DNA of 64,000 nucleotides from an uncultured Calditrichaceae bacterium (GCA_964387645.1 CAYLYM010000002.1:642-64641); one strand, 5' to 3'; counted from the first letter of the stretch, positions 39,250 through 49,764 are shown. Numbers and translations are program-made. The notes: generated from the sequence alone by a model not told the origin.

Positions 39250-40641
39250 ATGGAAGAGAAAAAACAAAAAGAATCCAAAACCATGACAAGGCGTGATTTT
39301 ATTGGCAAGTCTGCGGCGGCAGCCGCTACCGTAACTGCTTTTACTATTGTACCACGCCACGTAGTTGCGCGTTCAGGTAAAACGCCACCCAGCGATAAAT
39401 TAAATATTGCCAGTGTTGGCGTATGGGGAAAGGGCCGTTCGGATATTATGAGTGTTAGCTCCGAAAATATTGTGGCGTTGTGCGATGTGGATGACGAACA
39501 TATGGCCATGTTCCGAGATTATTCGAAAAAGGAAGGTAAACCAGAAATTTTTGAAAAAGCCAAAAAGTATCGTGATTTCCGCAAGATGCTGGAAGAAAAT
39601 GATAAGATTATTGATGCTGTTACAGTAACGACACCTGATCATAATCATGCGGTGATTGCCGCCATGGCCATGAAAATGAAGAAACATGTATTTGTTCAGA
39701 AACCGCTGACCCATACTATTTACGAAGCGCGTTATCTGGCTAAACTGGCTAAAGAAACTGGTGTTGTGACTCAGATGGGTAATCAGGGTCATGCCGGTGA
39801 AGGTGGGCGTCTGATTTGTGAATGGATATGGGATGGAGCAATTGGTGAAATTCGTGAAGTGCATTGTTGGACAAACCGGCCTATTTGGCCACAGGGAATT
39901 GAGAGACCCAAGGAAATTCCTTCAGTTCCCAGCACGTTGGATTACAACCTGTGGTTAGGCCCGGCACCGTTTAAACCATACCATCCGATTTGTTCACATT
40001 TCAACTGGCGTGGTTGGTGGGATTACGGTACGGGAGCTATAGGCGATATGGGTGCTCATATTCTCGACCATGCTTACTGGGCTTTAAAATTAAAATATCC
40101 GACTTCAGTTCATGCCACATCAACTCCATGGACAGAAGATTCTTATCCCCTTGCGGAATTAATTACCTGGGAATTTCCAGCACGCGAAAATATGCCTCCG
40201 GTAACTCTTCATTGGTATGATGGTGGTTTAAAACCTCCTCGTCCACCACAAATTGAAGATGGTCGCATGATGGGAGATCGTGGTGGCGGTGTTCTTTTTA
40301 TTGGCGATAAAGGTGCTTTAATGTGCAGTGTCTATGGACGAAATCCACGGATTATTCCAGAATCAAAAATGAGAGAATATAAACGTCCTCCTAAAACCAT
40401 TCCAAGATCACCTGGTATTCATGAGGAATGGATTCAAGCTATTAAAGAAGGTAAAAAATCCACAACTGATTTTTCCTATTCCGGTCCACTAACTGAAACC
40501 ATGTTATTAGGTAATCTGGCTATCCGGTTCCAGGATAAGAATACAAAACTTTATTATGATGGTGAGAAAGGGGAAATTACTAACCTGCCGGAAGCAAATG
40601 AATTCTTACACTTCAAATACCGACCGGGTTGGCATTTATAA
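39250..40641 (+). CDS. Tat-exported Gfo/Idh/MocA oxidoreductase (BT2158-like)
   Basis: TRRDFIG; PPSDKLNIA, TPDHNH, QKPLTHTIYEAR, TQMGNQGHA, GAIGDMGAHILD. ATG at 39250 preferred over 39235. Confidence 0.88.
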   Translation: MEEKKQKESKTMTRRDFIGKSAAAAATVTAFTIVPRHVVARSGKTPPSDKLNIASVGVWGKGRSDIMSVSSENIVALCDVDDEHMAMFRDYSKKEGKPEIFEKAKKYRDFRKMLEENDKIIDAVTVTTPDHNHAVIAAMAMKMKKHVFVQKPLTHTIYEARYLAKLAKETGVVTQMGNQGHAGEGGRLICEWIWDGAIGEIREVHCWTNRPIWPQGIERPKEIPSVPSTLDYNLWLGPAPFKPYHPICSHFNWRGWWDYGTGAIGDMGAHILDHAYWALKLKYPTSVHATSTPWTEDSYPLAELITWEFPARENMPPVTLHWYDGGLKPPRPPQIEDGRMMGDRGGGVLFIGDKGALMCSVYGRNPRIIPESKMREYKRPPKTIPRSPGIHEEWIQAIKEGKKSTTDFSYSGPLTETMLLGNLAIRFQDKNTKLYYDGEKGEITNLPEANEFLHFKYRPGWHL

Positions 40642-40662
40642 AAGTATTTTTTTCGTAGAGTT

Positions 40663-40693
40663 GAGGGTGGATATTAAAGGTATATCCACCCTC
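40663..40693 (+). terminator. Stem-loop between 39250..40641 and 40735
   Basis: Perfect 12 bp GAGGGTGGATAT / ATATCCACCCTC with a 7 nt loop. Confidence 0.6.
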
Positions 40694-40734
40694 TTGCTAA
40701 TTTTCCTGTCAGATTTTTTACAGGTTGGATTGGT

Positions 40735-41808
40735 ATGAGTGACAAGATAAGAGTCATTGTCGTGGGTTGCGGGAATATGGGGTCTTCCCATGCTCGCGCT
40801 TATAAAGCTTTAGATGGTTTTGAATTGGTAGGATTAGTTGCCCGTACTTCTTTACGCCGAAGTCCTCTGGCCAAAGAATTGGGTGGAATTCCTGAATTTG
40901 ATACTCTTCGAAAAGCTATCATCGAAACCCAACCTGATGCAGCCGCTATTTGTACCTATCCCGATACCCATTATGAATTCACCCGAACCTGTCTTGAGGC
41001 CGGCATGCACGTTTTTGTAGAAAAACCATTAGCCGAAACTGTGGATCAGGCTAAAGAAATTGTTTATTTAGCTAAACAGAAGAACAAAAAGGTGGTGGTG
41101 GGATACATTTTACGACATCATCCCGCCTGGAAGCAGTTCGTGGAAGAAGCCCGTGCCCTTGGAAAACCACTGGTTATGCGGATGAATCTCAACCAGCAAA
41201 GCAAAGGAAAGGAATGGGAAACCCATAAAAATCTTATGAAGAGCATGTCTCCCATTGTGGATTGTGGCGTGCATTATGTGGATATCATGTGCCAGATGAC
41301 TCGATGTAAACCTATCCGGGTTCATGCTATCGGAGCCCGTTTAAGCCAGGAAGTTTCATCTGAGATGTATAATTACGGTCAATTGCAGGTTGTCTTTGAA
41401 GATGGATCGGTGGGGTGGTATGAAGCAGGATGGGGGCCCATGATGAGCCAGGTGGCTTTTTTTGTAAAAGATGTCATCGGACCTAACGGCTGTGTGAGTA
41501 TAGTTGAACCACAAGCAACAACTGAAGCAGCTTCCTCCGATATCGATTCCCACACCAAGACAAATTCATTATTGAAACATCTGGCAGAGGTTGATGAACA
41601 GGGCAATTTTGTTCACCGTGATGTTCTTATTGATACATCGGATGAACCGGATCACCAGGAACTGTGCAATCGAGAACAGGCTTACTTTTTAAAGGTCATT
41701 CAGGAAGATTTGGATTTAACAGATCATTTGGAAGATGCTATTAATAGTTTGAGAATTGTGCTTGCCGCCGATGAATCCGTTAGATCTGGCAGGGTAGTCT
41801 ATTTATGA
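40735..41808 (+). CDS. Cytoplasmic Gfo/Idh/MocA oxidoreductase
   Basis: VVGCGNMG at the very N-terminus (no signal), EKPL, DCGVHYVD. Confidence 0.9.
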   Translation: MSDKIRVIVVGCGNMGSSHARAYKALDGFELVGLVARTSLRRSPLAKELGGIPEFDTLRKAIIETQPDAAAICTYPDTHYEFTRTCLEAGMHVFVEKPLAETVDQAKEIVYLAKQKNKKVVVGYILRHHPAWKQFVEEARALGKPLVMRMNLNQQSKGKEWETHKNLMKSMSPIVDCGVHYVDIMCQMTRCKPIRVHAIGARLSQEVSSEMYNYGQLQVVFEDGSVGWYEAGWGPMMSQVAFFVKDVIGPNGCVSIVEPQATTEAASSDIDSHTKTNSLLKHLAEVDEQGNFVHRDVLIDTSDEPDHQELCNREQAYFLKVIQEDLDLTDHLEDAINSLRIVLAADESVRSGRVVYL

Positions 41809-41861
41809 CATCCTGTTCTAATGATTTATTTTCTTTCGGATAAACCAGATATGGAGGTATT

Positions 41862-43088
41862 GTGGAAAGGAATATTTACCTTCGATTAAGTTTGATGATG
41901 TTTATAGAGTTTTTTGTCTGGGGAGCCTGGTATGTAACGGTTGGTAATTATATGAACAGTATCGGTATGGCAGATGTTATCTATTGGGCATACACAGTTG
42001 GACCAATCGGCGCGATTGTTTCCCCGTTTTTTCTGGGAATGGTGGCAGATCGATTTTTTGCTACAGAACGAGTATTAGGTGTCTTACACACCGTTGGTGG
42101 CATTGCAATGTTTATAGCGCCCTTTGTTGCAGAAGGTGGTCCAGCTTCAGCTCCGCTTTTTATTGTCTTTTTGTTAATCCACATGTTATGTTATATGCCC
42201 ACAATTAGTCTGGCTAATTCACTGGCATTTCACCACATTACCAATCAGGAAAAACAATTTCCGATTATCAGGGTTTTTGGGACCATTGGCTGGATCGTTG
42301 CAGGAATTTTTGTTAGTTATGTATTAAATGCTGACGAGAGCGCATTACCTCTTCACATTGCCGGATTGGCCGGAATTTTAATGGGGCTTTATAGTTTCAC
42401 CTTACCGCATACACCACCTCCTGCAGCAGGAGAAGAAGTATCCATCCGGAAAATTTTGGGACTGGATGCCTTAGCACAGCTAAAAAGTCGGCCATTTATT
42501 GTTTTTATCATCAGTTCATTTCTTATTTGTATCCCTTTAGCAGCATATTATGCTTATGCGCCGGTTTTCGTAAACGTGGCGAAAATTTCCAATCCGGCAT
42601 TTAAGATGTCATTTGGTCAAATGTCAGAAACTTTATTTATTATTTTAATGCCCTTATTTTTTAGCTTTATGGGAATAAAATGGATGTTATTGACTGGAAT
42701 GTTTGCCTGGGTATTAAGATATGTACTCTTCTCACTTGCAGCTCCTACTGGTATATTATGGATGATTATGGCCGGGATTATTCTTCATGGCCTTTGTTAT
42801 GATTTTTTCTTTGTCGCAGGCCAAATTTATGTCGATAAAAAATCGACTCCAGCCATACGCGGGCAGGCACAGGGATTCCTGGTGCTGGTTACTTATGGTG
42901 TGGGCATGTTAATCGGTGCTCAGGTTTCCGGATGGGTTTTCAATGGAATCGTTACCGGGAATGTGGAAAATGCTCTTTCTCAATGGCAGGTGTTCTGGAT
43001 TATTCCAGCTCTTTTTGCAGGAATTGTGATGGTGATATTTGGAATTTTATTTAATGATCGTTTGCCGGAAACTAAAACGGCTTCATAA
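41862..43088 (+). CDS. MFS permease, nucleoside:H+ symporter (NupG/XapB)-like
   Basis: LSLMMFIEFFVWGAW, ADRFFATERVLG, FPIIRVFGTIGW, GQMSE, LHGLCYDFFFV; GTG start with GGAGGT SD. Confidence 0.88.
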   Translation: MERNIYLRLSLMMFIEFFVWGAWYVTVGNYMNSIGMADVIYWAYTVGPIGAIVSPFFLGMVADRFFATERVLGVLHTVGGIAMFIAPFVAEGGPASAPLFIVFLLIHMLCYMPTISLANSLAFHHITNQEKQFPIIRVFGTIGWIVAGIFVSYVLNADESALPLHIAGLAGILMGLYSFTLPHTPPPAAGEEVSIRKILGLDALAQLKSRPFIVFIISSFLICIPLAAYYAYAPVFVNVAKISNPAFKMSFGQMSETLFIILMPLFFSFMGIKWMLLTGMFAWVLRYVLFSLAAPTGILWMIMAGIILHGLCYDFFFVAGQIYVDKKSTPAIRGQAQGFLVLVTYGVGMLIGAQVSGWVFNGIVTGNVENALSQWQVFWIIPALFAGIVMVIFGILFNDRLPETKTAS

Positions 43089-43146
43089 AAATTTTATTTG
43101 TTTTTTTAATATTAAAGGATTCATAAGAAGTTAATTTTCCAGAGCT

Positions 43147-44418
43147 ATGTCAAAAAAAACAACCTTAAATCGACGTCAATTTCTGAAAAATACTTTTATT
43201 GGAATTGGATTATTTTCAATTGTTCCACGCCATGTACTGGGAGGACCGGGTTATACACCTCCCAGCGAAATGTTGACCAAAGCCGTCATTGGTGTTGGCT
43301 CCATGGGGCGTTGGCATCTGGGAGAAACCGGCGCCAAATTGTTGGCTGTTTGCGATGTGGATGATAAACACCTGCAACGAGCTTTAGAAATAGCTGGACC
43401 GGGAGTAAAGGGATATCATGATTTTCGGGAAGTTCTGGCACGACCGGATATCGATATTGTCCACATTGCCACACCGCCACACTGGCATGCTTTGATTGCC
43501 ATCGCCGCTGCCGAAGCTGGAAAAGACATTTGGTGTGAAAAACCTATGACCCGCACCATTGGTGAAGGAATTAAAGTAGTGGAAGCTGTACAGCGATATG
43601 GCCGTATATTCCGCATAAATACCTGGTTCCGGTTCCGATCCCGGTTTTATGGTTTTGGTACGCCAGTTCGCCCCATAAAAAAGTTGGTTGACAGCGGTTT
43701 GTTGGGTTGGCCATTAAAGGTAAATATTTGCGCGGCTACGGGTTTTAATTGGAAATTCCAGTGGAGTGGGAAAAAAGACCTCAAACCACAATGGATACCG
43801 CCACATCTGGATTATGATTTCTGGCTGGGACCAGCACCTTATAAACCTTACCATCCGCATAGAGTTCATGTCACTTTTCGTGGTTATTGGGATTATGATG
43901 GTGGTGGTCTGGGAGATATGGGACAACATTACATGGATCCGGTTCAATACCTCCTGAATAAAGATGATACCAGTCCGATAGAAATAGAGGTCGATGCACC
44001 GCAGCAACATCCCGATGCGGTGGGAAGCTGGCGAAAGATTAGATTGCGTTATAGCGACGGCTGCGAAATAATTCTTGATGGTGAAAATAAAGAGAAAGAT
44101 GTGCCATTCATAGAAGGTCCACATGGGAAGTTATTTCGCGGTTTTAAGTCGAATATTCCCAATTTGGAAGAAAAGCTCCGAGAGTTTCCCGATCCTGAAC
44201 CGCAGGTAACCGATTTCATCGAAGCAGTAAAAACGCGCCAAAAATTTGCCCTCAATGAAGCCAATGGACATCGTTCGGCTACCCTGGTAAATTTAGCAAA
44301 AATAGCTGTGCGTTTGGGCAGAAATCTCAAGTTCGATCCAGTGAAGCAACGCTTCATTGGGGATGAAACGGCCAATCGGCTTATTTTTCAACCCATGAGA
44401 GCACCATGGCATCTTTAA
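43147..44418 (+). CDS. Tat-exported Gfo/Idh/MocA oxidoreductase
   Basis: NRRQFLK; VIGVGSMG, ATPPHWH, EKPM, DMGQHYMD. Confidence 0.9.
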   Translation: MSKKTTLNRRQFLKNTFIGIGLFSIVPRHVLGGPGYTPPSEMLTKAVIGVGSMGRWHLGETGAKLLAVCDVDDKHLQRALEIAGPGVKGYHDFREVLARPDIDIVHIATPPHWHALIAIAAAEAGKDIWCEKPMTRTIGEGIKVVEAVQRYGRIFRINTWFRFRSRFYGFGTPVRPIKKLVDSGLLGWPLKVNICAATGFNWKFQWSGKKDLKPQWIPPHLDYDFWLGPAPYKPYHPHRVHVTFRGYWDYDGGGLGDMGQHYMDPVQYLLNKDDTSPIEIEVDAPQQHPDAVGSWRKIRLRYSDGCEIILDGENKEKDVPFIEGPHGKLFRGFKSNIPNLEEKLREFPDPEPQVTDFIEAVKTRQKFALNEANGHRSATLVNLAKIAVRLGRNLKFDPVKQRFIGDETANRLIFQPMRAPWHL

Positions 44419-44459
44419 TTCTGGAATTGTTTAATGGTAAAAAAGGATACTTTATCCAG

Positions 44460-47400
44460 ATGAAACAACATGTCAAAAATCTCTTGTTTTTTTTAGTTCT
44501 TTTACTTATAGGCTGTTCTGCAGGCTTAAAAACAGGTCTGTCTGTGAAACCAGAGTATTCCTTAGAGGATATTCTTGTTCAATATCCTGCAGAGAATGAA
44601 GTCCAATGGCAATTGTTGAATGAGGCATTGCTGAAATGGGGAGAACAGGGCATACTCCAAATATGCGATAATTTGGTTCCGACAAAGGTAGGGGGCGATA
44701 GTTTATCAAGGTATGCCATAAGCGGATTAACTAAATATCTATCCAGAGCAGGACTGGAAAAGCAAAGAAAAATGTATGTTCGCACTATTCTTCGAGCGCT
44801 GGAAAAAGAAGATGAAACCGAAGTTCAACATTTTCTAATTGAGCAATTACAATGGATTGGAGGAGATGAATCAGTCAAGCATTTGGCCAGATTTTTAAAT
44901 GATGATAAATTGTGTGATCCCGCAGTCAGAGCCCTGAAAGCCATAGGCAGCTCCAGCGCAAAAGAAGTTTTGTTGAAGGGACTGAAAAATTGCCATAATA
45001 AAAAATGTTGTCTATCACTTATTTTAACCCTTGGTGAACTTGAGTATGAAAAAGCGTTCGATCAAATAAAAGATTTTGTTGACAGCAAGGATAAAGAGAT
45101 TCGAGATGCAGCCTTCTTTGCTCTGGCCAGCCTGGGTCAAACCAGAGCTATTTCAATTTTTCAAACGACGCTGACAACAAGTGAAAATTCCAAAAAAAAT
45201 ACTTTATTTACAAATTTTCTACTTTTAGCTAGAAGATTGAAAGAAAAAGGAAATATAAAGCAGTGTGAAGTGATCTGTCGAGATCTACTAAATTCTGATC
45301 AGTATCAAGCGGATGGGACTGTAAAGGCTGCGGCGTTGAGGCTATTAGTGGAAGCTGTGGGAGAATCTGCAATAGATGAACTCGTTTCAGCGATAACAAG
45401 TGAGGATAAAGCTTATCGATCAGTTGCTCTGGAGTTAGCAGTGAATGTTGGAGGCCCGGAGGCCACCAACATCTGGATTGAGAAATTGAAACAGGTCTCT
45501 CCAGAAAAACAGGCCGAAATCGTCACGATGTTAGGTGACAGAGGCGATACCCTGGCTTTCCCGATTGTGCAGGAGATGTTGTCCAGCGAAAACAAAAATG
45601 TGCGGTTAGCGGCAATTGTGGCTATGAGTAAGTGTGGAAGAGAAAGTGCCATTCCTCATCTGATGGAATTGTTGAGAAAAACGAATGACCGGGAAGAGAT
45701 CAGGCTTATCCTTCAAAACTTAGAGAAATTGATAGAAAGCCGTCAATTAATGTCGAAGCTGGTAAACTCACTGGACAATTTTACTACACCTGCCATTGAA
45801 GAAATTATTCATCTATTGGTAGAGCGAAATGCTCGAGATCATATAAACAAAATCGCCAAATTAATGGATCACTCAGAGAAAAGAATTCGTCTAGCTGCCA
45901 TTCGAGCTGTAGGAGAATTGGGCGATGGTTCATATTTGGATAATTTGACAGAAATTTATCTAACCTCGGATAAGGGCGGGGAAGAATCGGCTACTTTGAA
46001 TGCACTGGTCTCGTTGGCCCGCCGCACCAATCGCCTGGTTGAAGTCAGTCAAAAGTTGGTTGATTTATTTCCCAGAGTGAACCGGGAAAAACAAAGAAGA
46101 ATATTAAGGGCACTTCCAAGGATTGGTAGTGATGAAGGACTGAAATGTGTCAGAGAAGCTGTTCTGAATTTTAAAGGTGAAAAGCGTACCGAAGCCATTC
46201 GTTCCTTATCAAATTGGAGGAAATTAGAAGCAATAGACCCGTTATTTGAGATTCTCGAAAAAGATACTGCTTTGGTTCATAAGATTCTCGCATTACGTGG
46301 ATTGCTGCAAATTTTAAAAGCTGATACAGTACTTGGTCCTGTCGAGAAATTGAATTTTTATCAAAAAGTTATGCACCTGTCACCGCGTTATTCAGAGAAA
46401 AAGATGATACTGGCCGCAGTAAGCGGTTTAGAGCATGTGCAGAGCCTTAAATATATTTTGAAATATTTACAGGATGATTCGTTAAAAACGGAAGCTGCGA
46501 TGGCGGCATATCAAATGGCTGTTTCCATGTTGGACGCCAATCGCGAATCCATGGCCAGCGAAATCATTCAGACACTTATTACATCTCAACTTGATTCCAA
46601 TACTGTTTATACTATTAAAGAAAAATTTATTGAACTGGAGCGATTGAATGAGCCACCGCCTGGATTTCGTGCACTTTTCAATGGGAAAAATCTGGCTGGC
46701 TGGAAAGGACTGGTCGGCAATCCGGTTACGCGAGCCAAAATGACACCTGAGGAATTAGCTAAAGCTCAGGCTAAAGCAGATTCTTCGATGCGTGAACACT
46801 GGAGAGTTGAAAACGGTATTCTGATTTTTGATGGCAAGGGTAAGAATATTTGTACGGTAGAAGAGTTTGGTGACTTTGAATTGTTAGTGGATTGGAAAAT
46901 TGAAAAGGGCGGTGATAGTGGTATCTATTTAAGAGGTTCTCCACAGGTGCAAATCTGGGACATTACTGAAAGGCCTGAAGGTTCTGGAGGGCTTTACAAT
47001 AATAAGTTACATCCCAGTAAGCCACTGGTGCCTGCAGATTTGCCTCCCGGAAAATGGAACCGTTTTAGAATAATTATGATTGGCGATCGTGTTACCGTTT
47101 ATTTAAATGGTGTTAAAGTGGTGGATAATGTGGTGATGGAAAATTACTGGGAGCGGGATAAACCTATTTATTCTCGTGGTCCAATTGAATTGCAAGCCCA
47201 TAACACATCTTTGTATTTCAGGAATATTTTCATCAGGGAAATTCCCAGAGAAGAAAAATCTTTTAAGGGTCCACTTTTTAATGGAAAAGATTTAACGGGT
47301 TGGGAATTGGTGGGAGCACAATCCGGGACATGGCGGGTCGAGAATGGCGTACTTATCACCGAAGGCCGTGGGGGAGGATGGTTGTCCACCACACGGGAAT

Positions 47401-47852
47401 TCGATAATTTTAAATTAGAATTGGATTTCCGCGTTTCTCAAGGTGGAAACAGTGGCGTTTTCATCCGGGCACCACATGAGGGAGATCCGGCTTATACTGG
47501 AATGGAAATTCAAATTCTGGACGATTACGCCCCAAAATATGCCAATTTGAAGCCCTGGCAATATACCGGAAGCATTTATGGTGTGCAGGCACCGGCCCAG
47601 CGGAAGAGTAAACCAGCCGGCACCTGGCAACATTTTGTGATTACCTGTGATGGCCCTAACATTACAGTTGAATTAAATGGAGACATTATTATTCAAACAA
47701 ATTTGATTGATCACATGGACAAAGAAAAAGAACATCCAGGATTGAAGCGTAGGAGGGGTTTCATTGGGTTACAAAACCATGGAAGCCGAGTAGAATTCAG
47801 GAATATTTATATCACAGAATTGGGAGTAAATACAAAAATGGTAGACAAATGA
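44460..47852 (+). CDS. Lipoprotein: HEAT-repeat solenoid plus two DUF1080 domains
   Basis: Lipobox LIGC (true start 44460; the ORF-track start overlaps the upstream gene); HEAT repeats; GDSGIYLRG...GPIELQAH and GNSGVFIR...GFIGLQNHG. Confidence 0.87.
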   Translation: MKQHVKNLLFFLVLLLIGCSAGLKTGLSVKPEYSLEDILVQYPAENEVQWQLLNEALLKWGEQGILQICDNLVPTKVGGDSLSRYAISGLTKYLSRAGLEKQRKMYVRTILRALEKEDETEVQHFLIEQLQWIGGDESVKHLARFLNDDKLCDPAVRALKAIGSSSAKEVLLKGLKNCHNKKCCLSLILTLGELEYEKAFDQIKDFVDSKDKEIRDAAFFALASLGQTRAISIFQTTLTTSENSKKNTLFTNFLLLARRLKEKGNIKQCEVICRDLLNSDQYQADGTVKAAALRLLVEAVGESAIDELVSAITSEDKAYRSVALELAVNVGGPEATNIWIEKLKQVSPEKQAEIVTMLGDRGDTLAFPIVQEMLSSENKNVRLAAIVAMSKCGRESAIPHLMELLRKTNDREEIRLILQNLEKLIESRQLMSKLVNSLDNFTTPAIEEIIHLLVERNARDHINKIAKLMDHSEKRIRLAAIRAVGELGDGSYLDNLTEIYLTSDKGGEESATLNALVSLARRTNRLVEVSQKLVDLFPRVNREKQRRILRALPRIGSDEGLKCVREAVLNFKGEKRTEAIRSLSNWRKLEAIDPLFEILEKDTALVHKILALRGLLQILKADTVLGPVEKLNFYQKVMHLSPRYSEKKMILAAVSGLEHVQSLKYILKYLQDDSLKTEAAMAAYQMAVSMLDANRESMASEIIQTLITSQLDSNTVYTIKEKFIELERLNEPPPGFRALFNGKNLAGWKGLVGNPVTRAKMTPEELAKAQAKADSSMREHWRVENGILIFDGKGKNICTVEEFGDFELLVDWKIEKGGDSGIYLRGSPQVQIWDITERPEGSGGLYNNKLHPSKPLVPADLPPGKWNRFRIIMIGDRVTVYLNGVKVVDNVVMENYWERDKPIYSRGPIELQAHNTSLYFRNIFIREIPREEKSFKGPLFNGKDLTGWELVGAQSGTWRVENGVLITEGRGGGWLSTTREFDNFKLELDFRVSQGGNSGVFIRAPHEGDPAYTGMEIQILDDYAPKYANLKPWQYTGSIYGVQAPAQRKSKPAGTWQHFVITCDGPNITVELNGDIIIQTNLIDHMDKEKEHPGLKRRRGFIGLQNHGSRVEFRNIYITELGVNTKMVDK

Positions 47853-48095
47853 GCATTATTAAAATTGGGACAAAATTGTCGTTGCTGGTAAATAATGAAG
47901 ATGTAGATTTAAATAAAGTACTAAATTCCAATTTATTTATGAATGTAGATTAAGAAGTAAAGTTCTGATGAATTTATTTGATACAAAGACATTTTGAGGT
48001 CGATTTAATCTTTAAAAAACATGGTATTACTTTTTTTCGATATGTATCAGAAACCATGAACTTGCTAAAATAATAATAATAATGAGGAGGACAAA

Positions 48096-49574
48096 ATGGT
48101 TAAGAAGATCGCTTTTACCACATTGATTGTTGTGTTATCGTTTGCGGTAATAAATTGCGGAAAATCGCAGCAAACATCGGTTCAAAAAACTTCAGCCGAG
48201 GAAACTGAATTACCAACAACCTATCATCCTGCCATTGATTTTTATGATGGTTGGCATTTGGCTGTTCAAGCCTGGTCATTTAATCGTTTTACTTTCTTTG
48301 AAGCCATTGATAAAGTGGCTTCTCTGGGTTTAAGTTGGATTGAGGCTTATCCAGGTCAAAAGTTAAGTTCGGAATATCCTGATGCCAAATTTGATCCAAC
48401 CTTACCGGCAGAATTGAGAGCTCTGGTGAAACGTAAATTAAAAGAAACAGGTATTCGATTGATTAATTACGGAGTGACAAAATTGCCCAATGATGAAGCG
48501 GAGTGTCGGAAAGTTTTTGAATTTGCGAAGGAATTTGGTATAAAAACCATAATGGCAGAGCCGCGCGAAGATGCTTTGGATTTAATTGAAAAACTCTGTC
48601 AGGAGTATCAGATTCAGGTGGCTATTCACAATCATCCCAAGCCATCTTATTATTGGAATCCGGATAAAGTGTTGGAAGTTTTAAAAGGACGAAGCAAGTG
48701 GCTTGGAGCTTGTGGCGATATTGGGCATTGGATGCGTTCTGGGATAGATCCATTGGAAGCGTTGAAAAAATTAGAAGGTCGATTACTTAGTTTGCATTTT
48801 AAAGATTTAAATGAATTTGGTGTGCGAGAGGCTCACGATGTTCCCTGGGGTACCGGAAAGGCAAATGTTCCAGCTCTTTTAGCTGAACTTCATCGTCAGG
48901 GCTATAGGGGTGTATTTTCCATAGAGTATGAGTACAACTGGCTAAATTCACTTCCCGAAATACGTCAATGTGTAGAATATTTTAATCAAGAGGCGGCAAA
49001 ACTCAATCCCTCTGGTTGGAAATATTTATTCGCTAAAGATTTATCCAACGCGATTTTCAAGGAAGGCAGTTGGACAATGGAAGATGGTGTTTTAACATGG
49101 CATGGTGGCAGCTATATCTGGACTAAAGAAAAATATGGTGATTTTATTTTAGATTTAGAATTTAAACTGGCTCCCCAAACCAACAGTGGCGTTTTCCTAA
49201 GAGCTGGATCACTGAAAAATTATGTTCAAACTTCCATTGAAGTGCAAATTCATGAAACCACTGATGGTACCAAACATGGCCAGTGTGGAGCTATTTATGA
49301 TTGTTTATCTCCCAGGGTTAATGCAGTCAAAAAGCCTGGCGAATGGAATCGGTACACCATTACATGCAAAGACAATAAAATTTATGTTGTACTAAATGGT
49401 GAACCTATAATAGATATGGATCTCGATTTGTGGACGGAACCTCACAAAAATCCCGATGGGACCAAAAACAAATTCCGTACGCCTTTAAAAGATTTCCCAA
49501 GAGAAGGGTATATTGGATTGCAAGACCATGGAAAACCTATCTGGTTTAGAAATTTAATGATTAAAGAATTGTAA
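48096..49574 (+). CDS. Lipoprotein fusion: AP-endonuclease-2 TIM barrel (BT2156-like) plus DUF1080
   Basis: Lipobox VINC; GWHLAVQAWSF, IEAYPGQ, AIHNH, GDIGHW, LHFKD, SIEYE; then TNSGVFLR...GYIGLQDHGKPIWFRNL. Confidence 0.87.
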   Translation: MVKKIAFTTLIVVLSFAVINCGKSQQTSVQKTSAEETELPTTYHPAIDFYDGWHLAVQAWSFNRFTFFEAIDKVASLGLSWIEAYPGQKLSSEYPDAKFDPTLPAELRALVKRKLKETGIRLINYGVTKLPNDEAECRKVFEFAKEFGIKTIMAEPREDALDLIEKLCQEYQIQVAIHNHPKPSYYWNPDKVLEVLKGRSKWLGACGDIGHWMRSGIDPLEALKKLEGRLLSLHFKDLNEFGVREAHDVPWGTGKANVPALLAELHRQGYRGVFSIEYEYNWLNSLPEIRQCVEYFNQEAAKLNPSGWKYLFAKDLSNAIFKEGSWTMEDGVLTWHGGSYIWTKEKYGDFILDLEFKLAPQTNSGVFLRAGSLKNYVQTSIEVQIHETTDGTKHGQCGAIYDCLSPRVNAVKKPGEWNRYTITCKDNKIYVVLNGEPIIDMDLDLWTEPHKNPDGTKNKFRTPLKDFPREGYIGLQDHGKPIWFRNLMIKEL

Positions 49575-49735
49575 TTTTCTTATAACTGAGCAAATTTATT
49601 TGCGAAAGGAATAAAAAGGAAATAAACTGATCTGAAGAGAAATTGATTTTATAGATTTTTCTCTTTATCCTTATATTTAAAAGTGGGGCAGAATTTATTT
49701 AAATACAAAATTCAAAAGAAAAAATGAACATATAC

Positions 49736-49764
49736 TTGACCCAAAGAATGCTATTTATTATTAT
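49736..49764 (+). promoter_or_regulatory. Putative sigma70 promoter for the oxidoreductase-multiheme-cytochrome b unit
   Basis: TTGACC-17 nt-TATTAT in the 49575-49923 spacer. Confidence 0.55.

Noticed and set aside
44406-44459. ORF-track N-terminal extensions (also at 1767, 6745, 19778, 32057, 39235, 49864, 51289)
   Set aside because: Downstream ATGs have better SD sites and/or put signal peptides at the N-terminus; some extensions overlap the upstream gene.
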